From the NCBI GenBank assembly GCA_035419245.1, contig DAOLSP010000001.1, forward strand, positions 203,364 through 267,363: a stretch of 64,000 nt of DNA, read 5' to 3'. The DNA comes from a bacterium (GTDB lineage: Bacteria; Zhuqueibacterota; Zhuqueibacteria; Residuimicrobiales; Residuimicrobiaceae). This document shows positions 16,902-26,316 of the stretch, in pieces (position 1 is the first letter of the stretch; each line of letters begins with the position of its first letter). Below the pieces are notes generated by a model. That model was not told the DNA's origin and did not search any database. It saw only the letters and a list, made by a program, of their open reading frames with translations. Both the position numbers and the translations under genes were made by a program.

Positions 16902-16924
16902 ATCCGCCCCAAGAAGGAGGGACC

Positions 16925-17740
16925 ATGACCCGAGCGGTGATCACTGAAGAGTTATTGCGCACGGCCTTTGCCCTCGCTGAGGGCGGCGAAATCCATTTGC
17001 CGTACGGCAGCGAGCTGACACCCGCTGCGCGGCAGCTTCTCTCTGAGCGCCACATCGTGGTCCGATACATCGACAATCAGGGCCGGGTCTTCGCCGGCGC
17101 CGCGCCGGACCAGCCTCTTGTGCGTCTCAACCCCCTGACCGGACGCAGCGCCGCCCAGGAAAAGCGCGATCCCTCGACGCACAAGCAGAACGAGGCTGAT
17201 GCGGAGCTGATCACCCACCTCGATGCCCACACTCTGGTCGCCAAGACCCATCCCCGCATCGTCCTCCGCGGCAAGCTGGATACCCTCATCGCTTTTACTG
17301 TTCTCGCTCAGAGCGATTTCGACCCGGAAAAACGCTTCCCCTGGCTGCATCCCTATCTGGCGGAGCTGCGCTCGCGGATGGGCACTCTGCTGAAATCCGA
17401 GGTGACCGGGGAGACCCTCGCTCCACCCGGACTGGCTGGTATCGATGCGGAACAGCTGCAGGCCCTCTCGCATTACCCGCTCCGCTATCTTGGTCATGAT
17501 CATATCGTTCCGGAGGAATCCCAGGGAAGGAATGTCGCACGGCTCAACGTCCTACGCGCGTTGTGCCGTGAGGTGGAGATCGCTATCGTGCAAGCCTTTA
17601 CCGGGCCGGATGGCACCATGATCCGGCCCGATCTGCTGACGGCCGCCAACCGGCTGAGCAGCGGCTTGTATGTGCTGATGCTCCTCACCGTGCTGGCAGA
17701 AAAGGGAAAAAAGGTCGAGCTGGAAACGATCAAATTCTAA
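16925..17740 (+). CDS. eutT: EutT-like ATP:cob(I)alamin adenosyltransferase
   Basis: ITEELLR...LAEGGEIHLP...LTPAARQLL N-terminus, THL...VAKTHPRI.LRGKLD, LSHYPLRYLGHDHIVP and RPDLL.A.NRLSS.LYV all follow the EutT pattern; SD ggagg. Confidence 0.82.
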   Translation: MTRAVITEELLRTAFALAEGGEIHLPYGSELTPAARQLLSERHIVVRYIDNQGRVFAGAAPDQPLVRLNPLTGRSAAQEKRDPSTHKQNEADAELITHLDAHTLVAKTHPRIVLRGKLDTLIAFTVLAQSDFDPEKRFPWLHPYLAELRSRMGTLLKSEVTGETLAPPGLAGIDAEQLQALSHYPLRYLGHDHIVPEESQGRNVARLNVLRALCREVEIAIVQAFTGPDGTMIRPDLLTAANRLSSGLYVLMLLTVLAEKGKKVELETIKF

Positions 17741-18192
17741 TGGTCGTCGTGGGGATGGTCGTGCTCATGTGCCTGCAGCCCCTGCAGCAGGGTCCGCCAG
17801 GCGAGCATAGCGCACTTGACCCGGGTGGGGAATTCGCATACTCCGGCGAAGGCCTCGATCTCATCGAACTCCTCTTCCTCCGGCCGCTCATAGCGGCCTT
17901 CCTTGACCAGCCGGGTGAATTGGTCGGCGATCTTTTCAATCTCCTCCACCCGCAATCCCTTGATCTTTTCCGTCATCACCGAAGCCGAGGCCTGACTGAT
18001 CACACAGCCATGACCTTCAAAGGCGGCTTTCTGCACCCGTCCGTCCGCCATTTTCAGGGTCAGCAGAATTTCGTCCCCGCAAAAGGGATTTTTCAATTCC
18101 AGACGGACGTCCGCATCGGCAAGCTCCCCCCGGTTGCGCGGTTGCCTGTAATGGTCCAGAAGCACTTCCTGATAGAGTTGATCTAAAGCCAT
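17737..18192 (-). CDS. sufU: SufU Fe-S/sulfur-transfer protein
   Basis: LYQEVLLDHYRQPRN, NPFCGDE, GCVISQASAS and RVKCAML; His-rich tail. Confidence 0.92.
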   Translation of the reverse strand: MALDQLYQEVLLDHYRQPRNRGELADADVRLELKNPFCGDEILLTLKMADGRVQKAAFEGHGCVISQASASVMTEKIKGLRVEEIEKIADQFTRLVKEGRYERPEEEEFDEIEAFAGVCEFPTRVKCAMLAWRTLLQGLQAHEHDHPHDDH

Positions 18193-19406
18193 TTTTCAAA
18201 GTAATCCTTTGCCTGTAACAAACCGTTAACCAGACGTTCGACATCCTGTTCGCTGTTATAGAGATAAAAGCTGGCTCGAGCGGTGGCCGGGACCTGCAGC
18301 TTGTGCATGACCACCTGGGCACAGTGATGGCCTGAACGGATGGCAATCTGCTGCTGATCGAGAAATGTGGCCAGATCATGGGGATGGATAGAGGCCAGGT
18401 TGAAGGAGAGCGCCGGGCCACGCTCGGTACGCGGGCCGTACAAGATGATCCCTTCCAGGGAGGCCAGCTTCTCCAGAGCCAGCTGCGTCAACGCATGATC
18501 GTGTTCCGCAATGGCCGTCATGCCGATCTCCTCCAGGTAGTCGATGGCTGCCGCCAGACCGACCGCTCCCGCCACATTCTGGGTGCCCGCCTCGAATTTC
18601 CATGGTACATCGTTCCACTCGGAGTGCATGTAATCGACGCTGCTGATCATGTCGCCCCCAAAAAGAAAGGGATTCATCTTCTCCAGATGGGCCATCTTGC
18701 CGTAGAGGACACCGATGCCGAGAGGTCCGAGCATCTTGTGTCCGGAAAAGGCCAGAAAATCGGTGTCGAGCGCCTGCACATCGACCGCCATATGCGGTAC
18801 ACTTTGGGCGCCATCGACCAGCACCAGAGCGCCGGCAGCGTGGGCCTTGTCGATGAAGCGGCCCAGCGGGACAATGGTTCCCAGCGCGTTTGAGGTCTGG
18901 GTGATGGCCAGCAGACGAGTCCTCGGCGTAAGCAGATCATCCAGCTGGTCGGAAGAGAGCCGGCCCGCCTCGTCAATTTCGAGAAAGCGCAGCCGCGCAC
19001 CACACCGCTGTGCGACCATCTGCCAGGGCACCAGATTGCTGTGGTGCTCCAGCTCGGTTACGATGATCTCATCGCCCTCCTGCACCGCGCGTTCCGCCCA
19101 GCCCCAAGCGACCAGATTGACCGCCTCGGTTGCATTGCGGGTGAAAATGATCTCCTCGCTGCGTCCGGCGCCGATGAAGGCCGCCACGCGCGCCCGCGCC
19201 GCCTCGTAGGCCGCCGTCGCCCGCTCGGCGAGGCGGTAAGCTCCGCGGTGGGGATTGGCATTGTCGCGCCGGTAAAAGTCCTCCATCGCCTCCAGAACCT
19301 GGCGCGGCCGGTGCGTGGTGGCTGCGCTGTCTATATAGACGAGATCGCGGTTCTCCGGCCGCACCAAAAGGGGAAAGTCGGAGCGAATTTTTCTGACATC
19401 CAGCAT
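18183..19406 (-). CDS. sufS: Cysteine desulfurase, SufS subfamily
   Basis: YIDSAAT, ELEHHSNLVPW, FSGHKM (PLP Lys) and IRSGHHCA. Confidence 0.96.
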   Translation of the reverse strand: MLDVRKIRSDFPLLVRPENRDLVYIDSAATTHRPRQVLEAMEDFYRRDNANPHRGAYRLAERATAAYEAARARVAAFIGAGRSEEIIFTRNATEAVNLVAWGWAERAVQEGDEIIVTELEHHSNLVPWQMVAQRCGARLRFLEIDEAGRLSSDQLDDLLTPRTRLLAITQTSNALGTIVPLGRFIDKAHAAGALVLVDGAQSVPHMAVDVQALDTDFLAFSGHKMLGPLGIGVLYGKMAHLEKMNPFLFGGDMISSVDYMHSEWNDVPWKFEAGTQNVAGAVGLAAAIDYLEEIGMTAIAEHDHALTQLALEKLASLEGIILYGPRTERGPALSFNLASIHPHDLATFLDQQQIAIRSGHHCAQVVMHKLQVPATARASFYLYNSEQDVERLVNGLLQAKDYFEKWL

Positions 19407-19407
19407 G

Positions 19408-19722
19408 CTACGCCTCTCCTTCCACCTCAACCATGCCCGCCGTCACACGTACCTGCCGTACCGCCACCGCCTCATACGCCGGCGGCGTCAGAACCTCGCC
19501 GTTGCGCAGGTCAAAGGCGGCCCCGTGTTGCGCGCAACAGATCCGGCCGGGCTCCAGGTAGCCCTCTGAGAGCGGCACGGCCTCGTGCGAACAGGCATCC
19601 ATCAGGGCATACCACTGGCCTTGCTGATGAACGACCACCAGGGCTTCTTTTCCCGCCATCACACGGCGCATTTCGCCTTCCGGCAGATCAGCCGCAGGAA
19701 AGAGCGTGATAAACCCGGACAT
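19408..19722 (-). CDS. Rieske-type [2Fe-2S] ferredoxin
   Basis: CSH...CAQHGAAFDL (CxH...CxxH), 104 aa. Confidence 0.9.
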   Translation of the reverse strand: MSGFITLFPAADLPEGEMRRVMAGKEALVVVHQQGQWYALMDACSHEAVPLSEGYLEPGRICCAQHGAAFDLRNGEVLTPPAYEAVAVRQVRVTAGMVEVEGEA

Positions 19723-19734
19723 CCTCTATGCTCC

Positions 19735-20058
19735 TTAAAAAAGGCCCAGTTCCAGCCTCGCTTCTTCACTCATCCTCGAGTCATCCCAGGGAGGCTCCCA
19801 GGTCACCGTGACTCGAACCGCGCTCACCCCCGGGATGGCCGACAACCGCGACTCGATCTCCGGCGGCAAGCTCTCTGCCACCGGGCACATCGGCGAAGTG
19901 AGCGTCATCAGGATATCGACGCGGCCTTCCTCGTCGATATCAACATGATAAATGAGACCGAGGTCATAGATGTTGACCGGAATCTCGGGGTCGTACAGAT
20001 CCCGCAGGGTCAACACGACCTGGTCCATCAGCGCTTCCCGGTCAAGGGCGTTCGCCAT
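19735..20058 (-). CDS. sufT: SufT / DUF59 Fe-S assembly protein
   Basis: YDPEIPVNIYDLGLIY, MTLTSPMCPVA and WEPPW. Confidence 0.92.
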   Translation of the reverse strand: MANALDREALMDQVVLTLRDLYDPEIPVNIYDLGLIYHVDIDEEGRVDILMTLTSPMCPVAESLPPEIESRLSAIPGVSAVRVTVTWEPPWDDSRMSEEARLELGLF

Positions 20059-20061
20059 GCG

Positions 20062-21369
20062 CTACTCCTCCCGGCCGAGACGTTCATGGACCATCCGCCC
20101 GATCCGCTCGCGCAGAGATCCGAGACGGATCGACTCCGTGATTTCACCGGCAAAGGCATGCACCATAATCTGCCGCGCCCGCTCCACCCCGATACCGCGA
20201 GACTGCAGGTAAAAGAGGCCCTCCTGATCCATCTGGCCGATCGTTCCCCCATGGGTGCAGCGCACATCGTCGGCAAAAATCTCGAGCTGCGGCTGGCTGT
20301 CCGCGAGGGCTTCATCGGAGAGGAGCAGATTCTTGTTGTGCTGGATCGCGTCGGTGTGCTGCGCCTCCCGGGCGACCCAAATCCGGCCGTTGAAGACCGA
20401 ATGCGACGTGTCCTGCAGCACCCCCTTGTAGAGCTGACGGCTAAAGGTGTGCGGCTGCAGATGGCGTAACGTCGTGTGGTGGTCAATGTGCTGCCGCTTC
20501 TTCGGCATGTAAAGGCCGAAGAGGTTCGCCTCAGCCGCCGAATCCGCCAGTTCGACCTCGAGGTCATGCCGCACCAGCCGCCCGCCAAAATCGCAGATCC
20601 AGCGTGTATATCGGCTGTCCCGGCCCAGGGTGGCGCGTGTCGAGGAGATGTGGTAGGCCGCGGCGCCCTCATTCTGAAGGATGTAGTGATCCAGGCGGCT
20701 CGCTTCTCCTACCACAACATCGGTCAGGGGATTGGTGAAATGGTCTGAACCGGCGCTGCCGCCATAGACCTCGAGCAGCTGCGCCTCCGCCCTCTCTCCC
20801 ATCAACAGCAGAACGCGCGGATGAACCGCCGCCGCTGGCGCATCCGTGTAATGAACGATCTCAATGGGCACGAGCAGCGTGAGTCGGTCCGGAATGGTCA
20901 GAACCACACTCTCGGCCGCCAAAGCGGTGTTGATCTGGGCGAAGGGTGCATCCATGGTCGCGGCCGTCTCGCGCATCCGCCGTTCCACGCGCGCCAGAAA
21001 TCCATCGCGAAGCTCCGTCGCCATGCGGATAGAGAAAGAATCCGCCGCCCCGGGCAACCGGGATTCTGGGCTGAGACGGCCGTTGATGAAAACCAGGCGG
21101 TAGGCGGAGGGTTCGAGCAGCGCGGTCATCGTCTCCGGCAGGCCCGACGGCGCGGGACTCTCCGCAATCCGCTTCCAGCTGCTTCCGCCGAGAGCGGAGA
21201 CATCGGTGAAACGCCAGCGCTCCTGCTTTAGGGTCGGAAAACCATGCGCAGTGAAACGCGCCAGCGCCTCCCGGCGCAATTCAGCGAGGAACTCCGGTGC
21301 GGAAGCCGCTGCTTGTTCCAGCGCACGATGATGCAGTTCGGGCCACAGGGGGCCAACGCTCTCTTCCAT
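20062..21369 (-). CDS. sufD: Fe-S cluster assembly protein SufD
   Basis: GFPTLKQERWRFTD, QLYKGVL, NKNLLLS and PQLEIFADDVRCTHGGTIGQ; start at MEESVGPL. Confidence 0.93.
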   Translation of the reverse strand: MEESVGPLWPELHHRALEQAAASAPEFLAELRREALARFTAHGFPTLKQERWRFTDVSALGGSSWKRIAESPAPSGLPETMTALLEPSAYRLVFINGRLSPESRLPGAADSFSIRMATELRDGFLARVERRMRETAATMDAPFAQINTALAAESVVLTIPDRLTLLVPIEIVHYTDAPAAAVHPRVLLLMGERAEAQLLEVYGGSAGSDHFTNPLTDVVVGEASRLDHYILQNEGAAAYHISSTRATLGRDSRYTRWICDFGGRLVRHDLEVELADSAAEANLFGLYMPKKRQHIDHHTTLRHLQPHTFSRQLYKGVLQDTSHSVFNGRIWVAREAQHTDAIQHNKNLLLSDEALADSQPQLEIFADDVRCTHGGTIGQMDQEGLFYLQSRGIGVERARQIMVHAFAGEITESIRLGSLRERIGRMVHERLGREE

Positions 21370-21382
21370 GGGCTGCCCTCGC

Positions 21383-22156
21383 CTATGCCGTTGGCGCCGG
21401 CTGGCCGGCGCGTTCTTTGATCTCATCGTAACCGTTGGCCTCAAGCTCAAACGCCAGGGATTTATCACCGGACTGGACGATGCGGCCGTCGTAAAGCACA
21501 TGAACGAAATCGGGGACGATATATTCGAGTAGGCGCTGGTAATGGGTGACGACCACAAAGGCGTTATTCGGTGTGCGCAGCTTGTTGACGCCGCCGGCGA
21601 CGATCCGCAGGGCGTCGATATCGAGCCCCGAATCGGTCTCGTCGAGGATGGCCAGATACGGCTCGAGCACGGCCATCTGCAGGATCTCGTTGCGCTTCTT
21701 TTCGCCGCCCGAAAATCCCTCGTTGATCGCGCGGTTGAGAAAAACGGGGTCCATCTCCACCAACTTCATTTTGGCGCGCACCATCTTGAGAAAATCGGCG
21801 GCGCCCAAGCGGCTCTCGCCGCGATGCGTGCGCACTTCGTTCAACGCCGTGCGCAGAAAGTAGGAGGTATTTACTCCGGGGATCTCCACCGGATACTGGA
21901 AGGCCAGGAAGAGGCCTTCCCGCGCGCGTACCTCCGGCGTAAGCTCAAGCAGATCCAACCCCCGATAGCGGACCTCTCCGCTGAGCATCTCATAACCCGG
22001 GCGCCCCGCCAGTACCTGGGCCAGGGTGCTTTTGCCCGATCCGTTCGGTCCCATGATCGCATGCACCTCGCCCGGCTGGACCGATAGCGTAATCCCTTTG
22101 AGAATCTCCCGCCCCTCAATGCCCACCCGCAAATCGCGTATCTCAAGCATAACCAT
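21383..22156 (-). CDS. sufC: Fe-S cluster assembly ATPase SufC
   Basis: GPNGSGKST, FSGGEKKRNEILQ and ILDETDSGLDIDAL. Confidence 0.97.
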   Translation of the reverse strand: MVMLEIRDLRVGIEGREILKGITLSVQPGEVHAIMGPNGSGKSTLAQVLAGRPGYEMLSGEVRYRGLDLLELTPEVRAREGLFLAFQYPVEIPGVNTSYFLRTALNEVRTHRGESRLGAADFLKMVRAKMKLVEMDPVFLNRAINEGFSGGEKKRNEILQMAVLEPYLAILDETDSGLDIDALRIVAGGVNKLRTPNNAFVVVTHYQRLLEYIVPDFVHVLYDGRIVQSGDKSLAFELEANGYDEIKERAGQPAPTA

Positions 22157-22185
22157 TCTCCACTAAAGTACGTATCAGGTCCGAT

Positions 22186-23631
22186 TCATCCCACACTGCC
22201 TTCCAGACTGACACTCAGCAGCTTTTGCGCTTCCACCGCGAACTCCATCGGCAGCTCGGCCAACACCTCGCGGCAGAAGCCATTGACGATCATCGAGACC
22301 GCATCCTCCCGCGAGACGCCGCGCTGATTGAGGTAAAAGATCTGATCTTCGCCAATCTTGGAGGTGGTCGCCTCGTGTTCAACCCGGGCAGTGCTGTTTT
22401 TCACCTCGATGTAGGGAAAGGTGTGCGCCCCGCAGCGATCTCCGATCAGCAGGGAATCGCATTGGGAAAAATTGCGCGCCTGTGCGGCACTTTTCAGCAC
22501 CTTCACCTGACCGCGGTAACTGTTTTGGCTCACCCCGGCAGAGATGCCCTTGGAAACGATGGTGCTGCGCGTATGGCGGCCGATATGAATCATCTTGGTG
22601 CCGGTATCCGCCTGCTGATGATGGTTGGTCATCGCAACCGAGTAAAACTCCCCGATCGAATGGTCGCCCTTGAGGATGCAGCTCGGGTATTTCCAGGTGA
22701 TGGCCGATCCGGTCTCGACCTGAGTCCAGGAAATGTGCGAATGCGCACCTGCGCACAGGCCGCGCTTGGTGACAAAGTTATAGACCCCACCACGCCCCTC
22801 CTTGTCGCCGGGAAACCAGTTCTGGACCGTGGAATATTTGATCTCGGCATGCTCCATCGCAATCAGTTCGACGACGGCCGCATGCAGCTGGTTCTCCTTG
22901 CGGATCGGGGCGGTGCACCCTTCGAGGTAACTGACATAACTCCCCTCTTCGGCGATAATGAGGGTGCGCTCGAACTGCCCGGTGTTGACCGCGTTGATGC
23001 GGAAGTAGGTCGAGAGCTCCATTGGGCAGCGCACCCCTTTGGGCACATAGATAAACGATCCGTCGCTGAAGACCGCCGAATTGAGGGCGGCATAAAAATT
23101 ATCAGTCGCGGGCACCACCTTGCCCAGGTACTGTTTCACCAGATCGGGATGGTTCTGAACCGCCTCCGAGAAGGGGCAAAAAATAATCCCGAGCTGCGCG
23201 AGTTTCTCCTTAAAGGTCGTCGCCACCGAGACGCTGTCGAGCACCGCATCAACAGCCACACCGGCGAGAGCCTGCTGCTCCTCGAGCGGAATGCCCAGCT
23301 TTTGATAGAGCGCCAGAATTTCAGGATCCACCTCGTCCAGGCTCTTCGGCCCGCCGTGGCTCTTCGGGGCCGAATAATAGCTGATATCCTGATAGTCGAT
23401 AGGCGGATACTTGACGTTGGCCCAGCGCGGCTCCTGCAGGGTCAGCCAGTGCCGGTAGGCCTTGAGCCTCCATTCGAGCATGAAGGGGGGTTCCTTTTTC
23501 CTGGCCGATATCGCGCGGATGATTTCCTCATTAAGCCCCTTCGGCAGGGTTTCGGCCTCGATATCAGAGGTGAATCCGTATTTGTATTCCTGGTTGGCCA
23601 GGGATTCCAGTTTTTCAACTTCTGTGCTCAT
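22186..23631 (-). CDS. sufB: Fe-S cluster assembly protein SufB
   Basis: [38 protein letters not shown] and VEHEAT; no intein-length insertion. Confidence 0.97.
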   Translation of the reverse strand: MSTEVEKLESLANQEYKYGFTSDIEAETLPKGLNEEIIRAISARKKEPPFMLEWRLKAYRHWLTLQEPRWANVKYPPIDYQDISYYSAPKSHGGPKSLDEVDPEILALYQKLGIPLEEQQALAGVAVDAVLDSVSVATTFKEKLAQLGIIFCPFSEAVQNHPDLVKQYLGKVVPATDNFYAALNSAVFSDGSFIYVPKGVRCPMELSTYFRINAVNTGQFERTLIIAEEGSYVSYLEGCTAPIRKENQLHAAVVELIAMEHAEIKYSTVQNWFPGDKEGRGGVYNFVTKRGLCAGAHSHISWTQVETGSAITWKYPSCILKGDHSIGEFYSVAMTNHHQQADTGTKMIHIGRHTRSTIVSKGISAGVSQNSYRGQVKVLKSAAQARNFSQCDSLLIGDRCGAHTFPYIEVKNSTARVEHEATTSKIGEDQIFYLNQRGVSREDAVSMIVNGFCREVLAELPMEFAVEAQKLLSVSLEGSVG

Positions 23632-23638
23632 CCGGTCC

Positions 23639-24049
23639 TCACAATCCCGCAGTTCGTTCCAGATCGGCCAGGGTGACCGACTGCAGGTAGGTGAATATCT
23701 GCCGTTGCAGCGGCCGCACGGCACCCCTGAAATCGCAGAACGCGGCGCGTTCGCACCCGGTTTCCCGGGCCCCGCAAGCTGTGATCCCGAAGGGACCCTC
23801 AACCGCCTCCATCACCTCAGCAAGGTTGATGCCGTCCATACGGCGCTCGAGGCAGTAGCCGCCATTGACACCCTGGAGGGATTGGACCATGCCCGCTTTG
23901 GCCAGGCGCTGCATCAGTTTGGCCAGGAGGGCCAGCGGGATGCGGCAGGTCTCCGCAATTTCACGCACGGTCGCTGTACCCGCGGCGCTCTGGTGCAGAT
24001 GGCGCAGCGCCAGGATGCTGTATTCAGTCTTTTTGGATAATCTGAACAT
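23639..24049 (-). CDS. Rrf2-family transcriptional regulator heading the suf operon
   Basis: [25 protein letters not shown], three Cys (C-x6-C-x5-C). Confidence 0.9.
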   Translation of the reverse strand: MFRLSKKTEYSILALRHLHQSAAGTATVREIAETCRIPLALLAKLMQRLAKAGMVQSLQGVNGGYCLERRMDGINLAEVMEAVEGPFGITACGARETGCERAAFCDFRGAVRPLQRQIFTYLQSVTLADLERTAGL

Positions 24050-24054
24050 TTTAT

Positions 24055-24075
24055 ATAGGACCTTTTTAGTCTTAT
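24055..24075. promoter_or_regulatory. Candidate Rrf2/IscR-type operator
   Basis: ATAGGACC-TTTTT-AGTCTTAT, an imperfect palindrome with a GACY-N5-RGTC core, 6 nt upstream of the rrf2 ATG. Confidence 0.6.
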
Positions 24076-24206
24076 TTAAATCTATTAACAACACCTTCCG
24101 GCCTTTTGTTCCCGGCGATCTCTTTCATTTCATTCAAAAAAAAACCCCAGCGTCGATGACGCCGGGGAATGAAACTGCAGAATGGCCGGAGTGGCTGGCC
24201 TGCATT

Positions 24207-26009
24207 CTAGAGATAATTCTTGCGGAAATCGTCGATTTTCGATTGGTCCTTCAAGCCGGTGTACCACTGTCCGAAGACGGCCTGCTGCTTGCGCTGCAGC
24301 AGCTGGCTGCGCAGCGACTCTTTTTGCGCGGCGAATTCCGACTCGACAAAATTGCTCTTGTTCAACAGCTTAATCAGATAATAACCCCGGCTCCCCTCTA
24401 CCGGCTGCGAAATGGTGCCGGGCTGCAGCGCAAAAGCCGTTCCAACGAAGCGCGGCTCGCGGCCGATGCCGGAGATGTAGCCGGAAAAGGTAAAATCGCC
24501 GGTCTGCTGAACTTTGGCGCCAATCTGCGCTGCCACCCCGTCGAGGGAATTGGCCGAAAAAGCCTGCTCGTAAAGCGCCTGGCATTTACTCCTCGCCAGC
24601 TCCATGGCCTTGTCATTCTTCAGTTTGGCGCTGATGGTCTCCTTGGCTTCGACCCACGACTTTACATGCTCGGGGATCACATCGACCACCTGCACGATCA
24701 TATAACCGCGTTCCGCATAGATCACATCGCTGACCGCGCCTTTTTTGCTGCGGAAAACGAATCCGCTGACGCGAGGTTCCATGCCGACGCCGGGGATGAA
24801 ACCGCCGGCGACAAAGGGCTCGGTGCGTTCGACCTTTTTATTCTCGGTGGCGGCGACGCTTTTCAGATCCTGTTCCTTGGCCGTCTCGGCGATATAATTG
24901 GCCTCTTCCTGCAGCGCCTCGCGCGTCCGCGGCGACATCTCATATTTAAGCAGAATATGGCTCGCCTGGACCTTTTCCTGGCCTGCTTCGGTCTTGCGCT
25001 CACCCACCTTGATGATATGCAGGCCGAACTGGGAGGTCACGGGGCCGACAATATCGCCCGGGCGGGCGGCGAAAGCGGCATCCTCAAAGGGTTTGACCAT
25101 GGCACCGCGGGCAAAGAAGCCAAGGTCCCCGCCCTTTTCGGCGGAACCCTGATCCTGCGAGTTGAGCTTGGCCAATTCGGCAAAATCGCTGCCGGAGCGG
25201 GCTTCCGCCAGGAGCTCGCTGGCCTGCTGCCGGACCGCCTCAGAATCGGCTTTGGTCGGCGTGAAATCGAACAGGACATAATCGATCGCGCGCTTTTCCG
25301 GCTCCTTGAACTCCTCCTCGTTCTTTTTATGATAGGCTTTGATCTCGGCATCTGTGGGGTCAGCGACCGAAGCGAGAAAATTGCTGGCAGGAACCAGCAC
25401 ATATTCCGCCTGAGCCTTGAGGGCACGCTTCATGTACTCCGCCCGGAGCTCCACCTCACTGACAACGGCCGTAGCCCGCAGCAGATTGTCCAACTTGCGC
25501 ATCGGCAGGGTCGTGCGCAGATATTCCTCGACCGAGGACCAGAATTCACCGGCGCCCGGATTGTTCAAGGCCGCCTGATAGCGCTGCATATCGAACTTGC
25601 CGGTCGAATCCTGAAACGCCTGATTCTGGCGCAGCTCTTCCGGGGGATTGTTAAAAATCTCCTCGATGATCTCCTGGTCCGAAGCATTTAGCTTGACCGC
25701 CTTGACTTCGCGGTTGAGCAGCCGTTGCTGTACCAGATTATCAAAAACGCGATTCTCAATCTGCTGCAGCTGATAACCCTCGGGATCGCTGCCCGATTGC
25801 TGGCGATAGGCCGTCAGCTCGTTTTGCAGGCGGCTGGAAAACTCTTCATAATGAATCGGCTGGCCATCCACCTTGGCGATCACACCCCGGGGCTGGTTGG
25901 ACTTGAAACCGCCCATACCCCAATCCACAATGATCGTTAAAATGAAGGCAACGACCAGGACCAAGAGGATGGTCTTCATGCTGTTACGCATGCTTTTCAT
26001 CAAAGCCAT
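24207..26009 (-). CDS. PpiD/SurA-like periplasmic chaperone with parvulin PPIase domain(s)
   Basis: N-terminal TM and SurA_N-like region; FAELAKLNSQD.GSAEKGGDLGFF.RGAMVKPFEDAAF...SQFGLHIIKV. Confidence 0.9.
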   Translation of the reverse strand: MALMKSMRNSMKTILLVLVVAFILTIIVDWGMGGFKSNQPRGVIAKVDGQPIHYEEFSSRLQNELTAYRQQSGSDPEGYQLQQIENRVFDNLVQQRLLNREVKAVKLNASDQEIIEEIFNNPPEELRQNQAFQDSTGKFDMQRYQAALNNPGAGEFWSSVEEYLRTTLPMRKLDNLLRATAVVSEVELRAEYMKRALKAQAEYVLVPASNFLASVADPTDAEIKAYHKKNEEEFKEPEKRAIDYVLFDFTPTKADSEAVRQQASELLAEARSGSDFAELAKLNSQDQGSAEKGGDLGFFARGAMVKPFEDAAFAARPGDIVGPVTSQFGLHIIKVGERKTEAGQEKVQASHILLKYEMSPRTREALQEEANYIAETAKEQDLKSVAATENKKVERTEPFVAGGFIPGVGMEPRVSGFVFRSKKGAVSDVIYAERGYMIVQVVDVIPEHVKSWVEAKETISAKLKNDKAMELARSKCQALYEQAFSANSLDGVAAQIGAKVQQTGDFTFSGYISGIGREPRFVGTAFALQPGTISQPVEGSRGYYLIKLLNKSNFVESEFAAQKESLRSQLLQRKQQAVFGQWYTGLKDQSKIDDFRKNYL

Positions 26010-26063
26010 GGTTTGTATCCTTTAAGGTGAAAATGAAGGGGTTTATTTCTAATAAAACCAATG

Positions 26064-26092
26064 AATATAGCATTAAGACGCCAAAAATGCAA
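26064..26092 (-). promoter_or_regulatory. Candidate sigma70 promoter (extended -10) for the PpiD-like gene
   Basis: TTGCAT, 17 nt, TGc-TATATT. Confidence 0.55.
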
Positions 26093-26168
26093 GGCTTTTT
26101 TCCCTGCGTCGGCCTCCCGGTCTCATGAAATCCGCGCCGGCGGCGCGGGGTCAGCCGGAATGCAGCAT

Positions 26169-26197
26169 AAAAAAAGCGGGACCCTGGTGGGTCCCGC
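26169..26197 (-). terminator. Intrinsic terminator
   Basis: gcgggaccc-acca-gggtcccgc followed by T7 on the minus strand. Confidence 0.85.
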
Positions 26198-26316
26198 GCT
26201 CTCAGGCGTCAAGCGGGCATAGCCCTCTCCCCTCGACGCCGGGCTGCATAGGTCATCAGACGGGGAGGGACCATCTGATTGCCTATCTGGAGATTGGTTA
26301 CTGCTGTGTTCGTCCC

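Noticed and set aside
16860-17740. Prophage or genomic island integrated at tmRNA
   Set aside because: No integrase, no second copy of the ssrA 3' end noticed, and no obvious compositional shift; only the single eutT-like gene is suspicious.
22186-23631. Intein in SufB
   Set aside because: Length (481 aa) and motifs are continuous, with no insertion.
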